From Phoronis australis (taxonomy: Eukaryota > Animalia > Phoronida), in assembly GCA_002633005.1 (NCBI GenBank), contig NMRA01000147.1, forward strand, positions 186,001-250,000: 64,000 nt of DNA. Reading direction: 5' to 3'. Below the pieces are notes generated by a model, which was given only the letters and a program-made list of their open reading frames with translations, did not search any database and was not told the origin of the DNA. Shown here piece after piece: positions 48,941-62,800 of the stretch; the stretch's first letter is position 1; each line of letters starts with the position of its first letter. The translations under genes were made by a program, and so were the position numbers.

Positions 48941-51900
48941 CATAGACCTAGTTTCTCACGAAACTGAAAAGCAAGAACTCGCACTCGTTTTTCGGATTTT
49001 TTTGATTCCAGTTAATAATTCGTCGGTTTTTAAAAACAAAGGCCCAGCTGTCAAAACTAGTGACCTGCAAGAATGTAGAGTTTACAGCAACGGACAATAA
49101 TTATAATTCCATTAGCGACGGCTACTCTCAAGTTGCATAAATTTACAAAATAGGGAAGAATGGTAGCCCCGATTTCGTCAACGGTGAACCCTTCGGAAAA
49201 CATTATCAAGACATCATTTCAAGTTACCATAATATCTTTTTCCTAGCACGTGTAGCTCCAAAAAGATTCCCAAGTCGTGAAAATTGTTTAGATCTATATT
49301 TTTATCACTATATATCTGGGCAAAGGGCATTTTCGATTGAAAACTGCGCTAAATTCGTTTATTGGAACCGAATATGACAGACTAATTGTTTTTAGAGAAA
49401 TTTGTGGCAGCTTTCCACACATTCTGACAAATTTAAGCAGAGGGGAGACTGGCTTGTTCTTTAAGTCAATATGTGAGCTGAGAACCAGATAAATAACAAT
49501 TTATGTTCGGCATATGTCCCGTGATGAATATAGACGGTACGTCGAGTGAAGCTCTGTTTCCAGAAGGAGAGTTGGGTTGGCACAAACGACCATTAATTAA
49601 GACGTAAACACGGAAAATAATTCACAAATTCAGTTTCCAGAAGATAAGCAGAGGAAAAGCCATTACTGACTTGAAAGGCACACTCAAATTTAAAACCAAC
49701 GGAATATAAAAAACGAATGTGGCGGAGGGACATGGAATATGGGTGGTAGGGAGAGGGTTAAATCAGTAGAAAAATGAATATGTGTTGGAGTTAAAACAGT
49801 GAGTGAAACTATTATGAAGATGAATTTAAAACAAAAGCTACCCAAGTCAAAGGAATACTAAGACACAAAGCAAACACAGCCAATCAAAATGCTGGTTGAT
49901 AATGTCATCCCCAAAGACCTATAAAGTAAAGACCACAGTTCGAGTGGCTGATCTCGACGTTATCACAGGTCTGGGTCAAAGTAAGTGCTTGTTTACACCC
50001 TGCCCCAAGACGGACACATGGAAAATGCAGAAGTGTCATCGATATGCTTTCTCAAAGATGAAGAAATTCAACAAAACCCTGTCTTTTTGTCTTGCTACGT
50101 CCACCGGAAAATATGAGATGGTGACATGACAAAAAATTGCAATTTCGGAAATTCCCCCCAAAATCATAAATTCACGACTGTCCCGGTACCAGAGAGAAAA
50201 CAAGAGTCCGAATGCTCTTGCACTCTAGATTCCAAAAATGTAGGTTAAAATATTCCAGTGCAAATCAAATTTTCCAATTTTCATTTATCTGTTTGTTGGT
50301 GGACTTTATTCACACCATTGAGTGCAAAAGACTTGAGTGCGTGATTCGATTGTAAATCACCTACCAATACAGGAAAGGGAGGTCTAATTTAAGCAATCTT
50401 GGGCCTTGGTCCCAAAAGCGGTCCAAAACCAATGAATCAAAATTTCGAGGGCAACATCCGTCTGTATCATTTAAATCACCACTCAAATTGAACTGATGTG
50501 TCGACTTAAGAAATGAGAATGTCTGGGGTCATTAAGACACCTGCTAATTAACGGCAATTAATGATTTAGTTGAAACTTCAAGTACATTAATTTTTTTGCG
50601 AGATTTAGCATGCAGGTAGAAGCCATGGACACCATATCTACAATTTAAGACGCTATTTTTCCCGGGGTTTGTAAATAAGAAGGGGTTGTTTTAACCCCAA
50701 AAGATAAGAGCCTCAGATTTGAACTTGTATAAAATAGGAAGTACGACTGAAATGGTAGCCAGAAACTGGTGTGGCTCGCAAAACAGACATGTCGAGGTTC
50801 ACTGATTTATGACAATTCTATTCTTTGCATCATGTTACTACGCACGTGTAGATATTTACACTTTGGCAGTTGCAGCATCAGAATCAGTTCTTAACACGAG
50901 ACAATCTTGTCCAGTCAGAGGACAACCGCAAAAACTTGTTGATGTCTCAAACTGCGTGACACGAATGACAATCAAAATCCCTCATCAAAACAATTACACA
51001 AACGGGGTTCAGGAAAGACAAACAGTCATTCAAAAGCCACTGACATGCAAATTACTATTCAGAGCGGCAACGCTTACTAAGACGTACGCACATACCAGTG
51101 CAATGCGATAGTCAAAAACAAGCCAATAGAGGGCCTACGTTTCATCAAGAATTTTGCCGGCTGCTATGGATAAAACGCTATTTCAAATGAACAAAAATTT
51201 CAATGTAAGGCATGAAAATTTTCAGGGTTATTAATTAATAACTCACAAATTAATTATCAATGAACAATGTTTTTAAACTTTCAAGTGGCAACAAAAATAT
51301 CGTTTCGTTCTTGTGTCACGGAACTTTTTTTCACAAAAGTCATATAAGTCCCATTTCTGATGCAAAAGTGGAATATTTTAAAAGCAATTCGCGGCTCATT
51401 TTGGAGACCAGTGCATAAAGCATAATATCTGAAATATTCGTGTGAATCCGTTTAGCCACTTCTGAAATATGATGTTCCCAAGTTGGACAAAATTGAGCAT
51501 TTTTCAATCATGGTCCTCCATGTCCTTAAACTAGAGGGCGTTGCAACAAGAAAATGTCCCTACTTATTTTCAGTAATATTGAAACTTCAACGTAAAGCTG
51601 TCTTTTGATTTGTTTCAACGTCCAAAATTGACTTTGAAAAGAAAGTAAAACAAAACAAAAAATAATCACTATTTTCGCAAATCCACACGTATGCAGTCAG
51701 GGAACTTAGATAAGTCCTACTTTGGGACTGTTACATGCAAAGGTTCATCAAATGTTCATTTTTTCTACGAATTCTTCTCTTCTGCAACCTTCCCGGTCAT
51801 GCAATTTAAAATTCAATCCAGTCTTCTAGGCAAAGTCCGCCGACCGTACACCTGGCACTGTCAGGCCACAGCTTAGTTCGAGGCCTAGAACTCGACAGCG

Positions 51901-52910
51901 CCACTGTTTGGCCAACCTCAGGACGAGCACCACAACGTCGAATAATTTTTTATGGTCATGATGGGTACAATGTATACATGTCTGGTTCTCTTCTGAGGGT
52001 GATACAGGAACAGTGATCAATGCTATTAATTGTTTTAGTTTTCAATGTGATCTCGTTTTGGATGTTTGGGCAGCATGCTGTGCTTCACATGAACATGTAT
52101 CATTTTCTTCAGTTCGGGAATATTTGCCAGTGTCGGACTTATATGAGGTCCAAAGGGAGGGGTCTAAATATGAAAGGGTATGTATCATTAAAAATGGAAA
52201 AGACTGATACGTAATTCCATCAAGAGGTGATCTTCCTTAACATAAGTTGTTGTATGATTTCGCAAAAACAGGAAATGAGAGACAGTCACGGTCCATTCAG
52301 TCACTGGTCCCCCCTCCTCTGTGGGCAGTCCTAGAACCGAAGGATGAAAATCAGGAAAAGGATGAACATGGTTAACATCAACGTATCCCCTCTAAGTGCT
52401 GGGATCCACTAAATGTGAAAGGATATGAAATTTCAAAACAAGTAATGAGCCGCAATTGATGCTACATGTATCACCTGGGCCTCTCTCCGTCAAGCTCTGA
52501 ATTTATTTCAAATCATAATTATACAATTTAAAGAAATGATGGAAAAAAAAGAAAATTACAGATGTCTCTTTAATTTATTTTTTGCTAGAGACACGAGAGC
52601 CCCAGAAAAAGGCAATATCTTATGAAATCTGAAAATATGAATCAAGCTAAAGCCATGCCCTTGAAAATCTGAACACAACACGTTAGGCTTAACTCCAATT
52701 CCTGTACATTATATTTTTCGTAATAAACATAAAATCAAACAAAAAAATCACGGACTTTTAGTAATATGTACATGCATGGTAATATATACATACACATTTT
52801 CAAGTATATTTAGATAATCTATACTGCAAAAACTGGACCCCTCCAAACAAATGTGTCCTGGCGAGGATCCCAAAGGGCAAATCCACCTCTGGTAGTTGAC
52901 AAATGTTCTC

Positions 52911-52995
52911 TTCATTTATTTATTTATTATTGTGATATTTAAAATGAGGGTGGCCTCTTCAGTGATAGCACTGCTTTCCAAGAGGGCCCTCAACA
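52911..52995 (-). mobile_element. 3' terminus of an L2/CR1-type LINE (stem-loop plus (TAAA)n tail)
   Basis: Reverse complement gagggccctcttggaaagcag...gaggccaccctc...aataataaataaataaat. Confidence 0.6.
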
Positions 52996-54239
52996 AGAAA
53001 AACAGTAATATAATACCAGGAAGTAATAAAACAACAATGAAATATACGTAACAAAGATACAATTAAAACAGTTAAGGTTGAGAATTAAGACAATAACTAA
53101 ATGACAAATAATGGTAAAAAAATTAACTAAGACAGATGAAATAAATTAAGAAAATTCAGATTTCCCACTTCATCTTGCTTCGCTCTTTCTCTTCTCGACT
53201 GACCCGGCACAACGCTTATGATGGTCGCCACGGCTCCACCTTGTCACCTGCATGTTATTGGAGGGCAGGTGGAGTATGCAGGAGAGCTTGCACATTGGAA
53301 AGGATTTGAGACATACAATTTATTTACAGTTGACGCTCTTCAACTTTTTTCAAACCCTTTTAAGATGACTACTTCAAACCGATAGCTTGCCTTTCCGTTT
53401 CACCAAACGGCCTGCGTGCATAGTTCGGAGCATCGGCAAAACGTTGACATGTGGCGAAATCGTGACCAGATCCTTCTACAGCATAGAAGAGGTGCTTGCC
53501 GCTTGGTAGGCCGCACGCGTGCTGGCTACCACCTAGCAGCACGCAGGGAAGCAGCGAGGGTTAAATATTGGACTGAGGATAATGTAGAAACCACGTGGCA
53601 TAATTTTGTGAATGTCGGTGTTCTGAAAATCTCTGCTTCTTTCGTCACTTGTTCTTGTCGATGACGTTAAACATTTTGTTGTGGTTTCGTACCGTTAAAA
53701 TGCTCAGGTTTTCATCTTTCAAACTTTTAATATTGTGGTTTGTTTAGTCTATACACTTTTATTGACCCGTCAATGAAGAATCAATGCTACAGTAGATACA
53801 AGAGGCTGCTTATCTGCCGTGAATACTTGACCCTCCAAATATACAGTAGGTACATAGACACTTAAGTTTGTTTTATTGCATAGCCAGTAAGATATCGTAA
53901 AGTAACGAAAAATCTGTGGTAATTTATACCGACTGTAATTCTCATCAAAACAAACTGGAAAATATTAAAACAGAAATTCCAATATGCTATACCTAATTTC
54001 TGACCTTCCAAAAATGCAGTTTAGAAATTTATGTCGGGTGATGCCAGGGGCTGCAGTAGTCTAGCCTAACAGGGACAAAAAGTGCACCCAGACGCCATCG
54101 GTGGATTAAGAATTAGCCGTTTGGAAGACGAGAACCTCAAAAATGTACTTGAAGACATTTAATTTTCTATCCAAATGTTATGAGAAGAGCGTGTTAAAGC
54201 TCAAGTCATACACCGACTACACACAGCGTCAGTGATGGT

Positions 54240-54436
54240 CTATGTCGGTGGCATGGGCAGAAACGCCATTCCGTGTCCACAGTTCATCTCGCAGATGGAG
54301 CGACTTGTATACCTGTTACAGTTGCCTCCGCAGCCGGTGTACACGAACCTGACGCATTCGTTCCCTTGCCAGCCCCAAGAGACTTGCATAGGCTCCATCC
54401 CGCAACGGCCTGGGTCCACGGAAAGGAGACAGCAGT
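54240..54436 (-). CDS. Kunitz/BPTI protease-inhibitor domain, terminal exon (not in the ORF track)
   Basis: After a catacag acceptor (phase 1) it reads CCLLSVDPGRCGMEPMQVSWGWQGNECVRFVYTGCGGNCNRYTSRSICEMNCGHGMAFLPMPPT*, with the six Kunitz Cys and the FxYxGCGGN.NR signature. Confidence 0.9.
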
Positions 54437-54487
54437 CTGTATGATAACCGAAATGGCACAGTGAAGAACAACATCAGCAACAAGGCA

Positions 54488-54493
54488 ATGATA

Positions 54494-54531
<38 letters not shown>

Positions 54532-54785
54532 AATGGTGATGTTGGTGATGATAGTGATGACGACGACGATGATGATTAGTGATGATGACGATTATGGTGA
54601 TGATGATAATGATGATGGCGACGACGACAACGATGATGATGTGATGCTGATGATGATGATGGTGGTGATGACGATGAAGGTGGTGTTGATGATGATGATG
54701 ATGGTGACGACGACGACGACGATAATAATGATGATGATGATTATGGTGATGATGATGATGACGACGACGGCGACGATGATGATGG
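54488..54785. repeat. Compound (GAT/GAC/GGT)n microsatellite in the intron just upstream of the Kunitz exon
   Basis: About 100 triplets; accounts for the spurious poly-H and poly-M ORFs. Confidence 0.97.
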
Positions 54786-55144
54786 TTGTTATTTAACAAT
54801 ATTTGTCATAACAGTTCTATGAACAGTTACACAAAATAAAATAGATAACTAATGCTAAAACACCTGTCAAAAAGCATAGGATAAAGGCGCCCCCTTGACC
54901 CAACGAGATCGCCAACTGAATCGTGCTGCGTTACTTGGGCACTTCAACACATCGTAGACGTGGGGCGTTTTCACCTTGTTTGGAAATTTTTTGCCAAATT
55001 TCTATCCAACATAAGATAAAATTTCGTGGCTTTCGCCTGCTTTGCAAAGTAACCGCTAAGTCAGAGCCCTGGCGTCATTGAAGGTTTGCCTGATTCGTCA
55101 CCTTGACTGAGTTTATTTTAAGATACATTTTATAAATGATTGTT

Positions 55145-55309
55145 TAGAAATTTACAAGACATTGGGGTGTCTCTTAAAATTGGTTACAACCAAGAGTAAA
55201 GCTAGTTTCGGACAGACTTTGGACGAAGTTGAATATGCCCATCGATGCCAGCGAATATTTTGCCACCCACCACTCCACGAGCTGTCACTTTGTCTAGCAC
55301 AGCGACGAG
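55145..55309 (-). pseudogene. Degenerate Kunitz-like exon
   Basis: gctgtccag acceptor (phase 1); RRCARQSD...RWAYSTSSKVC then, after a frameshift, FTLGCNQF*ETPQCL. Confidence 0.4.
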
Positions 55310-55540
55310 CTGGACAGCAAAACAATTTCACATGAAACAACGACACAGAATGTGTAGTATTGCAAGGGAAGGTGACTGACAGGCAATTAAAGGATATTGA
55401 ACAGAATAGGTGTAATATAATGCTATTAAAATGACGAAACTAGCGGCGTTGTAAAGTTCTGTAGCTTAATAAACTATTAGTTAGGTAAATTGTAAAGAAA
55501 ATAATTACAATAACTCACTCGAGAAATGAGGAACGTATAC

Positions 55541-55678
55541 CAGGTTTGACACATGTATCACCTTCTTTGAGTTCAATAATGGCGCCTGTGAGTGACGGTG
55601 ACCTTGGTAGTGGGTGCACTCTTGGTAACATGGTTAATGTTGTCAGCCTAAGACATGGGTTGAGGAGTGACTTCCCAC
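55541..55678 (-). CDS. Candidate upstream exon of the Kunitz gene (GKSLLNPCLRL...EGDTCVKP), phase 1-1
   Basis: aagcag acceptor, CCTG|GTATAC donor; the only open frame splices in phase to 54436. Confidence 0.45.
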
Positions 55679-56829
55679 CTGCTTTCAATCAACGCAATAG
55701 TATTTTTTACTTTTTGCCGTGCAGTGACTTAGGTCGACATTGCTAGTAGCGTCGAACGAAACAAACGACAACAAATTGTAAAGTAGTCCATGGTCACAGG
55801 GTCTCATTTTGTACTCGAACTCGAATTTGAACCATACTTGTGCGAACTAAGACGATATTCTATGATCCAGGTTTTGGATTATGCTTGGTCACAATTGGCG
55901 GCCAATGCTTTACCGATCCCGTCGACTGAGTTCGGCGATATTTGGTGGATCGGGAGATGCGATCACACTCACGTTAATTCTCTACCACCACGTCATCGAT
56001 GGATCTGTCGGTTATGGCTCGTATAAGATCAACCGATCATGATGTCAGCCAATCACCTACATGTACTCGCAGATAATCGGGCGACTGCTAGCCGACATAG
56101 AGCAATATCGTCTCATAGTATCCCGAGGTTCTGCGATTCATAAATCGGCTGCATGGGCGGGGAAATAATTCCAATTGATCCAACGGTACAACGATTGGTA
56201 ATTTCAGACACCGACGCCTCAGTAACCGACGCTCTCGATTCCTTGATTCCCCAAATTTTAAACAAAATTTCCCATATTATCTGACGTTTGTTTATATGGA
56301 GAAAGTAGATCATTTTTTATGAAATGCATGTCCCGTCAACAATCATCAACGTCAATTACTCTCCCACTCCTTAAAGATACATGATGATATTTTGACCATT
56401 TACATTCAAACTGAAAAAAACATAAATCATGCCAATTTCTTAATCGGAGGGAACCAATAAGTTGAGTTATTTTTCCAATACCGTCTTACTTGCAAGTTAA
56501 CGACAGGAATCGATTAAAAAAGCATAATCATTCATTTTGTCACAGATTGAACATTATTGTCCTTGTTGGGTGGCCTTTTACACAGCTGCCGTGTAATTCG
56601 CTAAAAGCGTAGGTCACGCTGGCCCCTATAGTAGACTTTGAAAGGAGGTTTCAAATTTTCCTCCAATCTTTAAGTTTGAGGGTTGTCAATGTTCACAGAG
56701 CATGATTTTGTTTCAGAGAACTGGATGGGAAGGTGTTTTGTTTTTAATATCTGTTAATAAGCTAAAACCGGGTTTGGCATCCTTTTAATTGTTTACCAAA
56801 ATAAATCGTTAACAACCAATCTCGATTTT

Positions 56830-59800
56830 ACTGCAAATCTTGTTTTTTTGCGTCCACCCCTCTATCAACCAAACGGCTCAAAGGATGATTGTGAAAATTG
56901 GCATGCAAGTTCTTACTATAAAGTGGACGGCTGACGATGATTTTCCGACGACTTTGTCTATTGTGGGGCCTCCTAGTGGTAATTTTGTTTTTTGCGCCTA
57001 TGGTTGTATCCCCTAAACCGTTCACGCGATCTTTCCTAAATTTAATAAGTGTGTTTATATGATGTTAACAACCGAGGACGATGACTTTCAGAAGGTTCTG
57101 ACTACTGGTGTGCCACCTAGTGGCAATTTTTTTTTTACGTTTACCTCAGTATGTTCAAAGTTCCTCAACGTATTTACATAAAATTTGGCATACAGGCATC
57201 TGTTAATGAGGTGACTCTAACTCTCCGTTTTCAGATGGATTCGACCTAGTTTGGACGGCTGACAACATTTTTCCGAAGAGTTCGGCTAGTGTGGCGCCTC
57301 CTAGTGGCAGTTTTATTGTTTTTGCCTTCATGGCTGTATCTATTAAACCGTTTGCAGGATCTTTACTTAATTTAGCAAGTGTATTTATATGATGTTAACA
57401 ATGGACGACGACGACTTTCGGACGGATATGACTTCTGGTGTGCCCCTAGTGGCAATTTTAGTTTTTTACGTTTACCAGTCTGCATCTTCAAACATCCTCT
57501 TCAGATTTCATAAAATTTTGAATATAGGCATCTGTTGGTGAGATGACGCTATCATCCGGTTTTTGGATAGAATCGAGGTATTTTGCGCCACCTGGTGGCC
57601 ATTTTTGCTGTTTTCAAATCTTGTTTTTGGCGTCCACCCCTCGATCAACCAAATCATTCTAGGGATGGTTTTGAAAATTGGCGTACATATTTTCAGTGTG
57701 AAGAGGACGTTTGCTGATGGTGACTGTCTACTGTGGCGCCTCCTAGTGATAGTTTTGTTTTGTTTTACGCCCACAGCTGTATCTTCAAAACCCACCGCAG
57801 GATCTTTACTAAATTTATTAAGTGAATTTCTATGAAGATAACAGACGACTTTCAGGCGGATGGAACGAACGCTGTGCCCACAAGTGGCAACTTTATTTTG
57901 TTATGTTTTCCTTTGTTTTTCTGAAGTTCCTTGACAGATTTTTATGAAATATGGCATGTTCCCGTTTTTGGATGGAGTGTACGTTTTTGCGTCACCTAGT
58001 GGCCAGTTTTATGATACAAACAACCCTAAAAGCACACCATTTGCGAAATATTCGTGGGCGCATTTCAACGCTCTGGGTTGCTCTTGTTAATTTTAATTTT
58101 AACATTTCTGTGAGTGTTTCCTTGTAAGAAAATGTCTACTAGACAGTAGGTAATTAGTTTGGAAAATAAAAGAGAATATCCTCTTTGTGTGCCAGTAAGT
58201 TAAGAGGTTTGTTAGTTGGATCTGGCTGAGGTAGACTCGCAGAGGAAAACTTCTTAGTTGTGTCTTAACTAGTTTATTGAAGATAGTGACCGTCACGTGA
58301 GGAAAACCCAGTGTGTTGAACAACTACTCCTCAGGGCGTAAAAACAACTGAATGACAGTCAAATTAGATAATTATATAGAGACTGGTTACACAAGAATTA
58401 ACCGCTCAAATAAGATGTACTAATGCGCATAGCTCAGCGCTAATACACATGTACTTTAAGAACACGAAGTATTACTAAATGATCTCTGAGAATGAGTGGG
58501 ATAGTCAACACGAGGTAAAGAAGTGAATGTAATGACTAAAATTATCAGCAGACTAAGCCATACAAGCATATTCTCCGACACTTAGCACTTACGCAAATAT
58601 TTTGATGTTAACAAAACCCCATGGCATTAAACCTTTTTTGAATGATTGCCATTTATTGCAAATAACTACAATGAAGGCAGCAATTTCATTGTTTTTTCTT
58701 ACTGCAGTGAGGTGAATCCGAATGATGACAAGGGATCACTTGGCATGGACCTATTGATGTCCTATGAAAAGAGTCTACATGTATATTGACAACCAACCAG
58801 TAAGTACTCAAACTTCATATCTTATTGTTGAGGAAGTATACTAAGGCCAAAAAATATCACAAATGGTTTTGGTCTGCGCCTTATTCATTTTAGAACCTGA
58901 AATTTTGAAAAACTTAAAAGTACCAGGTCAATTTTCAAAAAGTCAGATATTATACCAGTTATGCTGTTTTCTTTGGCTTAACTGTTTTTCTTTTCAGCGC
59001 ACTTTCCAAATTGCTCGGAGACTTGCACGATCTGATTATCTTGCAAGGTGCTCACATAAAGGTTAAGGAACCTTATGAGGAAGTTTCTGCATAACTACAC
59101 GAGTACAGACTTGATCTCGGCAAAATGTTATTAACAGTTTTTGGAAGAATAAAGTGTGGATGTGTAGAATTCACTTTTTGTGCACGCTTTATTCTGTCAT
59201 CCCTTCCGTCCGTCGTCCGTCTGTCGTCCATCTGTCGTCCGTCTGGCGTCAGTCTGGCGTCCGCTGCTCTATCTCTAAAACCCTTTGATTTATGTTAATG
59301 AAATTTTGCACACGTGTTTTTACATGGATGTGACGGCAAACTTTAGGACGAATCTGACGACTGGTGTCCCCATAGTGGCAATTTTAGTTTTATATGTTTA
59401 CCTAGTCTGTATTTTGCATCTATGGCTGTATCTCCCAAACCCTCTGCAGGGTCTTTATTAAATTTGGCAGGTGTATTTCTATGAAGCTGACTACAGACGG
59501 CTACAACACTTGGATGGATTTGTCTACCGCTGTGCCCCCTAGTGGCAATTTTATTTTTTGTTGTCGTCGGTATCTATGAAACTCCTTGGTAGATTTTTAT
59601 GAAATATAATAATCAGGTTTCATGAAAGAGTCTACAGGTTCCCAGAATCGGATAGATTCGAAGCACAGCACAAATTTTTATTATCATGAAATTTTGCCAA
59701 TAGGTTTCTATTAAGGAGACAAAGACGCCTTCTCATTTTTAGGCTGATTTGACGTATTCTGTTCCACTCGGTGGCTTTTTTAAAAAAATTCGAATAGGAT

Positions 59801-62800
59801 TTGAACATCGCTCTCTCCATCCGCAATTCATCCATTTTAAGGATCATTATTAATATTTGGAGTTGTGTCCCTGATAGGAAGACTGAGGGTGTCGTACTCA
59901 ACTACTCTAGCACCCCCTAGTGGAAATTTTATCACGGCTGTATCTCCTTTACCCTTTGCAAGATCTCTCTGAAATCTAGCAGATGTGTCCCTATGGAGAT
60001 GACTAAAGATGACTACCAGTCTCAGACCAGCTGTGCACCCTAGTGGAATTTTATTTTTCACATTTGCTTCTGTAACTTCAGAGTTCTTTGATGCTTTTTC
60101 GTGGAATTGAACAAATTTCTATCATGAAAACGACAGCACCTATCCTTTTTGTGATGGATTCGGCGTATTCTGCACCAAATAGTGACCATTTTTATTTTTT
60201 AGTCTAGTTTTATTATTTTTTATGTCTTTATTTCTTTGTAGTACTTCCTAGATGAATTTTCATGAAATTTTACAGATAAGGTATCTATTGAGAAGACAAC
60301 GACGCCTTCTTATTTTCAGATGAATTTTAGGCATCCTGCACCATCTAGTTGTTGTTTTTACTTTTTTGTGTCCGCATTTTACTTATTTAACATTTTCATG
60401 TGTTTCTTTGGATATCTTTGACAGATTTTCATGGAATTTGGCAAAAAGGTATCTATTGAGGAGGCGACGACACCTTTTTAGGCGTCCACATATTTGTATG
60501 CGAGTGCACATTGCCATCACCTCTAAGAGTCTGGGCATCCGAGAGTCTGGCGTCCGCGGCTGTATCTCCTAAGCCCCTTGCAGGTTCTTATTGAAATTTG
60601 GCAGGTGTGTTCCTATGGGGCTGATGACAGAGGACCAAATACCACTGTGTCCCCAAGTGGAAATTTTATTTATTTACGTTTTCTTCTGTTTCTTCAGAAG
60701 TCCTCAATGGATTTTCATTAAATTTGGCACATACATGTAGGCATCTATTAATGAGATGACTCCATCTTTCCATTTTCAGATGGATTTGAGGTATTTTGCG
60801 CCATCTGGTGGCCGTTTTCAATGTTTTTGAGTCTGTACTGTTCTTTGGCGTTTAACCCCCTTTTTCAACCAAACCAGTCTAAGGATGGCTGTGAAAATTG
60901 ACGTACCGTTTTTTTCTTGGTGTGAAGACGACGTTTGACGATGATTTTCTGACCATGGCACCTCCTTGTGGCAGTTGTGTTTTTTTGCACTCATAGCTAT
61001 ATCTCCTAAACCTACTGCACGATATTTCTTAAATTTATTAAATGTTTTCATATGAATTTGACAACGGAAGAAGACGACTGACAAGCAATGTACCTGTAGT
61101 GGCAATTTTATTTTTTCGGTTTTCCTCCGTTCCTCTGAAGTTCCTTGACCGATTTTTATGAAATTTGGTAATTAAGTTTCTGTTAAAGGAACGACATGTT
61201 CCCATTTTGGATGGTTTCAAGGTATTTGCGCCATCTAGTGGCCATTTTTACTGTTTTCTAGTTTGTTTTATATATACTAAGCATGATTGTGAAAATTGGC
61301 ATATATTGTCTTAATGTGAAAAGGACGATTGACGATGACTTTCCGACGACATCGATTGCTTTGGCATGACGCTGACATGTTCCTGATTTCGGATGGATTC
61401 GACATATTTTGCCCTATTCAGTGGTCATTTTTATGATGCAAATAAACACCCCTAGAAACACACCGTTTGTGGTACATTCGTGGGTGCATTTCAATGCTCG
61501 GCATTGCTTTTGTTGTTTTTGAATGAATTCCTCATATTTTCTGGCACCTTAAGTGGCTATTTTTACTCTATCCAAGTTTTTCTAACACCCGCCTCTCTAA
61601 CAGTACATTGCACTAATGATGATTATGAAAATTGCTATAATTATGTGCTTCTGCTCATAAGATGAGATCTGACTGTGATTTACAGGTGGCTCTAATTACT
61701 GTGGCATCCTCCTAGTGAGAGGTTTATGTTATTTTGCATCCGCAGCTGTATCTTATGAACCCCATGCAGGAAGTTTGTTAAATATGGCAAGAGTATTTCT
61801 ATGAAAATGGAAACAGATAGCAATAACTTTCGAAATGACCCAACTGTCATTAACTCCAGTATTGGCAATTTTATTTTTTACTCTTTCCTCTGCATCTTGT
61901 TCCTTGACTAATTGTCATGAAATTTGGTATATAGATATCTTCTCGTTTTTGGATGGATTTGACTTATTCTGCATCTTTTGGTGGCTGTTTTTATGCGTCC
62001 ACATATTTAATGTACATGTGGGTGCATGTTGCCGCCATCTCTGTCTGGGCATCTGGCGTCCGCAGCTGTATCTCCGAAAGCCTTCACAGGATCTTGATGA
62101 GATTTGGCAGATGTGTTCCTGTGAAGCTGACAATGAATGACGACGGATTTCAGACCTCTCCAACTACTGGTGTGCCCTCTAGTGGCAATTTTATTTGTCT
62201 ATGTTTACCTCAGTATCTTCGTATGTCCTCAACGGGTTTTCATAAAATTTGGCAGTTAGGCATCAATTAGTGAAATGACGCTATCCTCCTGTTTTCGGAT
62301 GCATTCGAGGTAGTTTGCGCCACATCGTGGCCATTTTTACTGTTTTCGAGTCTTGTTTTTTTGGCATCCGTCCCTTTGTAAACCAAACCGTTCTAGGCAT
62401 GATTGTGAAAATTGACATTATGTTCTTACTGTGAAGAGGGCGGCTGACGATGATTTTCCAACAACTTTGACTACTGTGACAGCTGCTAGTGACAGTTTTG
62501 TTTATTTTTGCGCTCATGGCTGTATCTCCTAAGCGCTGTACCGATCTTTTAATAAATTTTGCTAGACGTGTATTTATATGAAGTTAAGAACAGATGACGA
62601 CTTCGGACGGATTGGACTACTGGTGTGCCCCCTAGTGACAATTTTAGCTTTTACATTTACCTCTGTATCTTCATAGGTCCTCAACGCAATTTCGTAAAAT
62701 TTGCCAGATAGGCATCTATTAGTGAGGTGATGGTATCCTCCTGTTTAAGATTGATTTGAGGTATTTTGTGCCACCTAGTGGCCATTTTTCTTGTTTTTCT

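Noticed and set aside
51790-51995. Possible further minus-strand exon (ccctcag acceptor; RRCGARPEVG resembles a Kunitz start)
   Set aside because: No frame gives a recognisable domain or consistent Cys spacing.
54284-54799. 171-aa poly-His and 111-aa poly-Met ORFs
   Set aside because: Artefacts of the (GAT)n microsatellite. The real coding frame in 54240-54436 is a different one (Kunitz).
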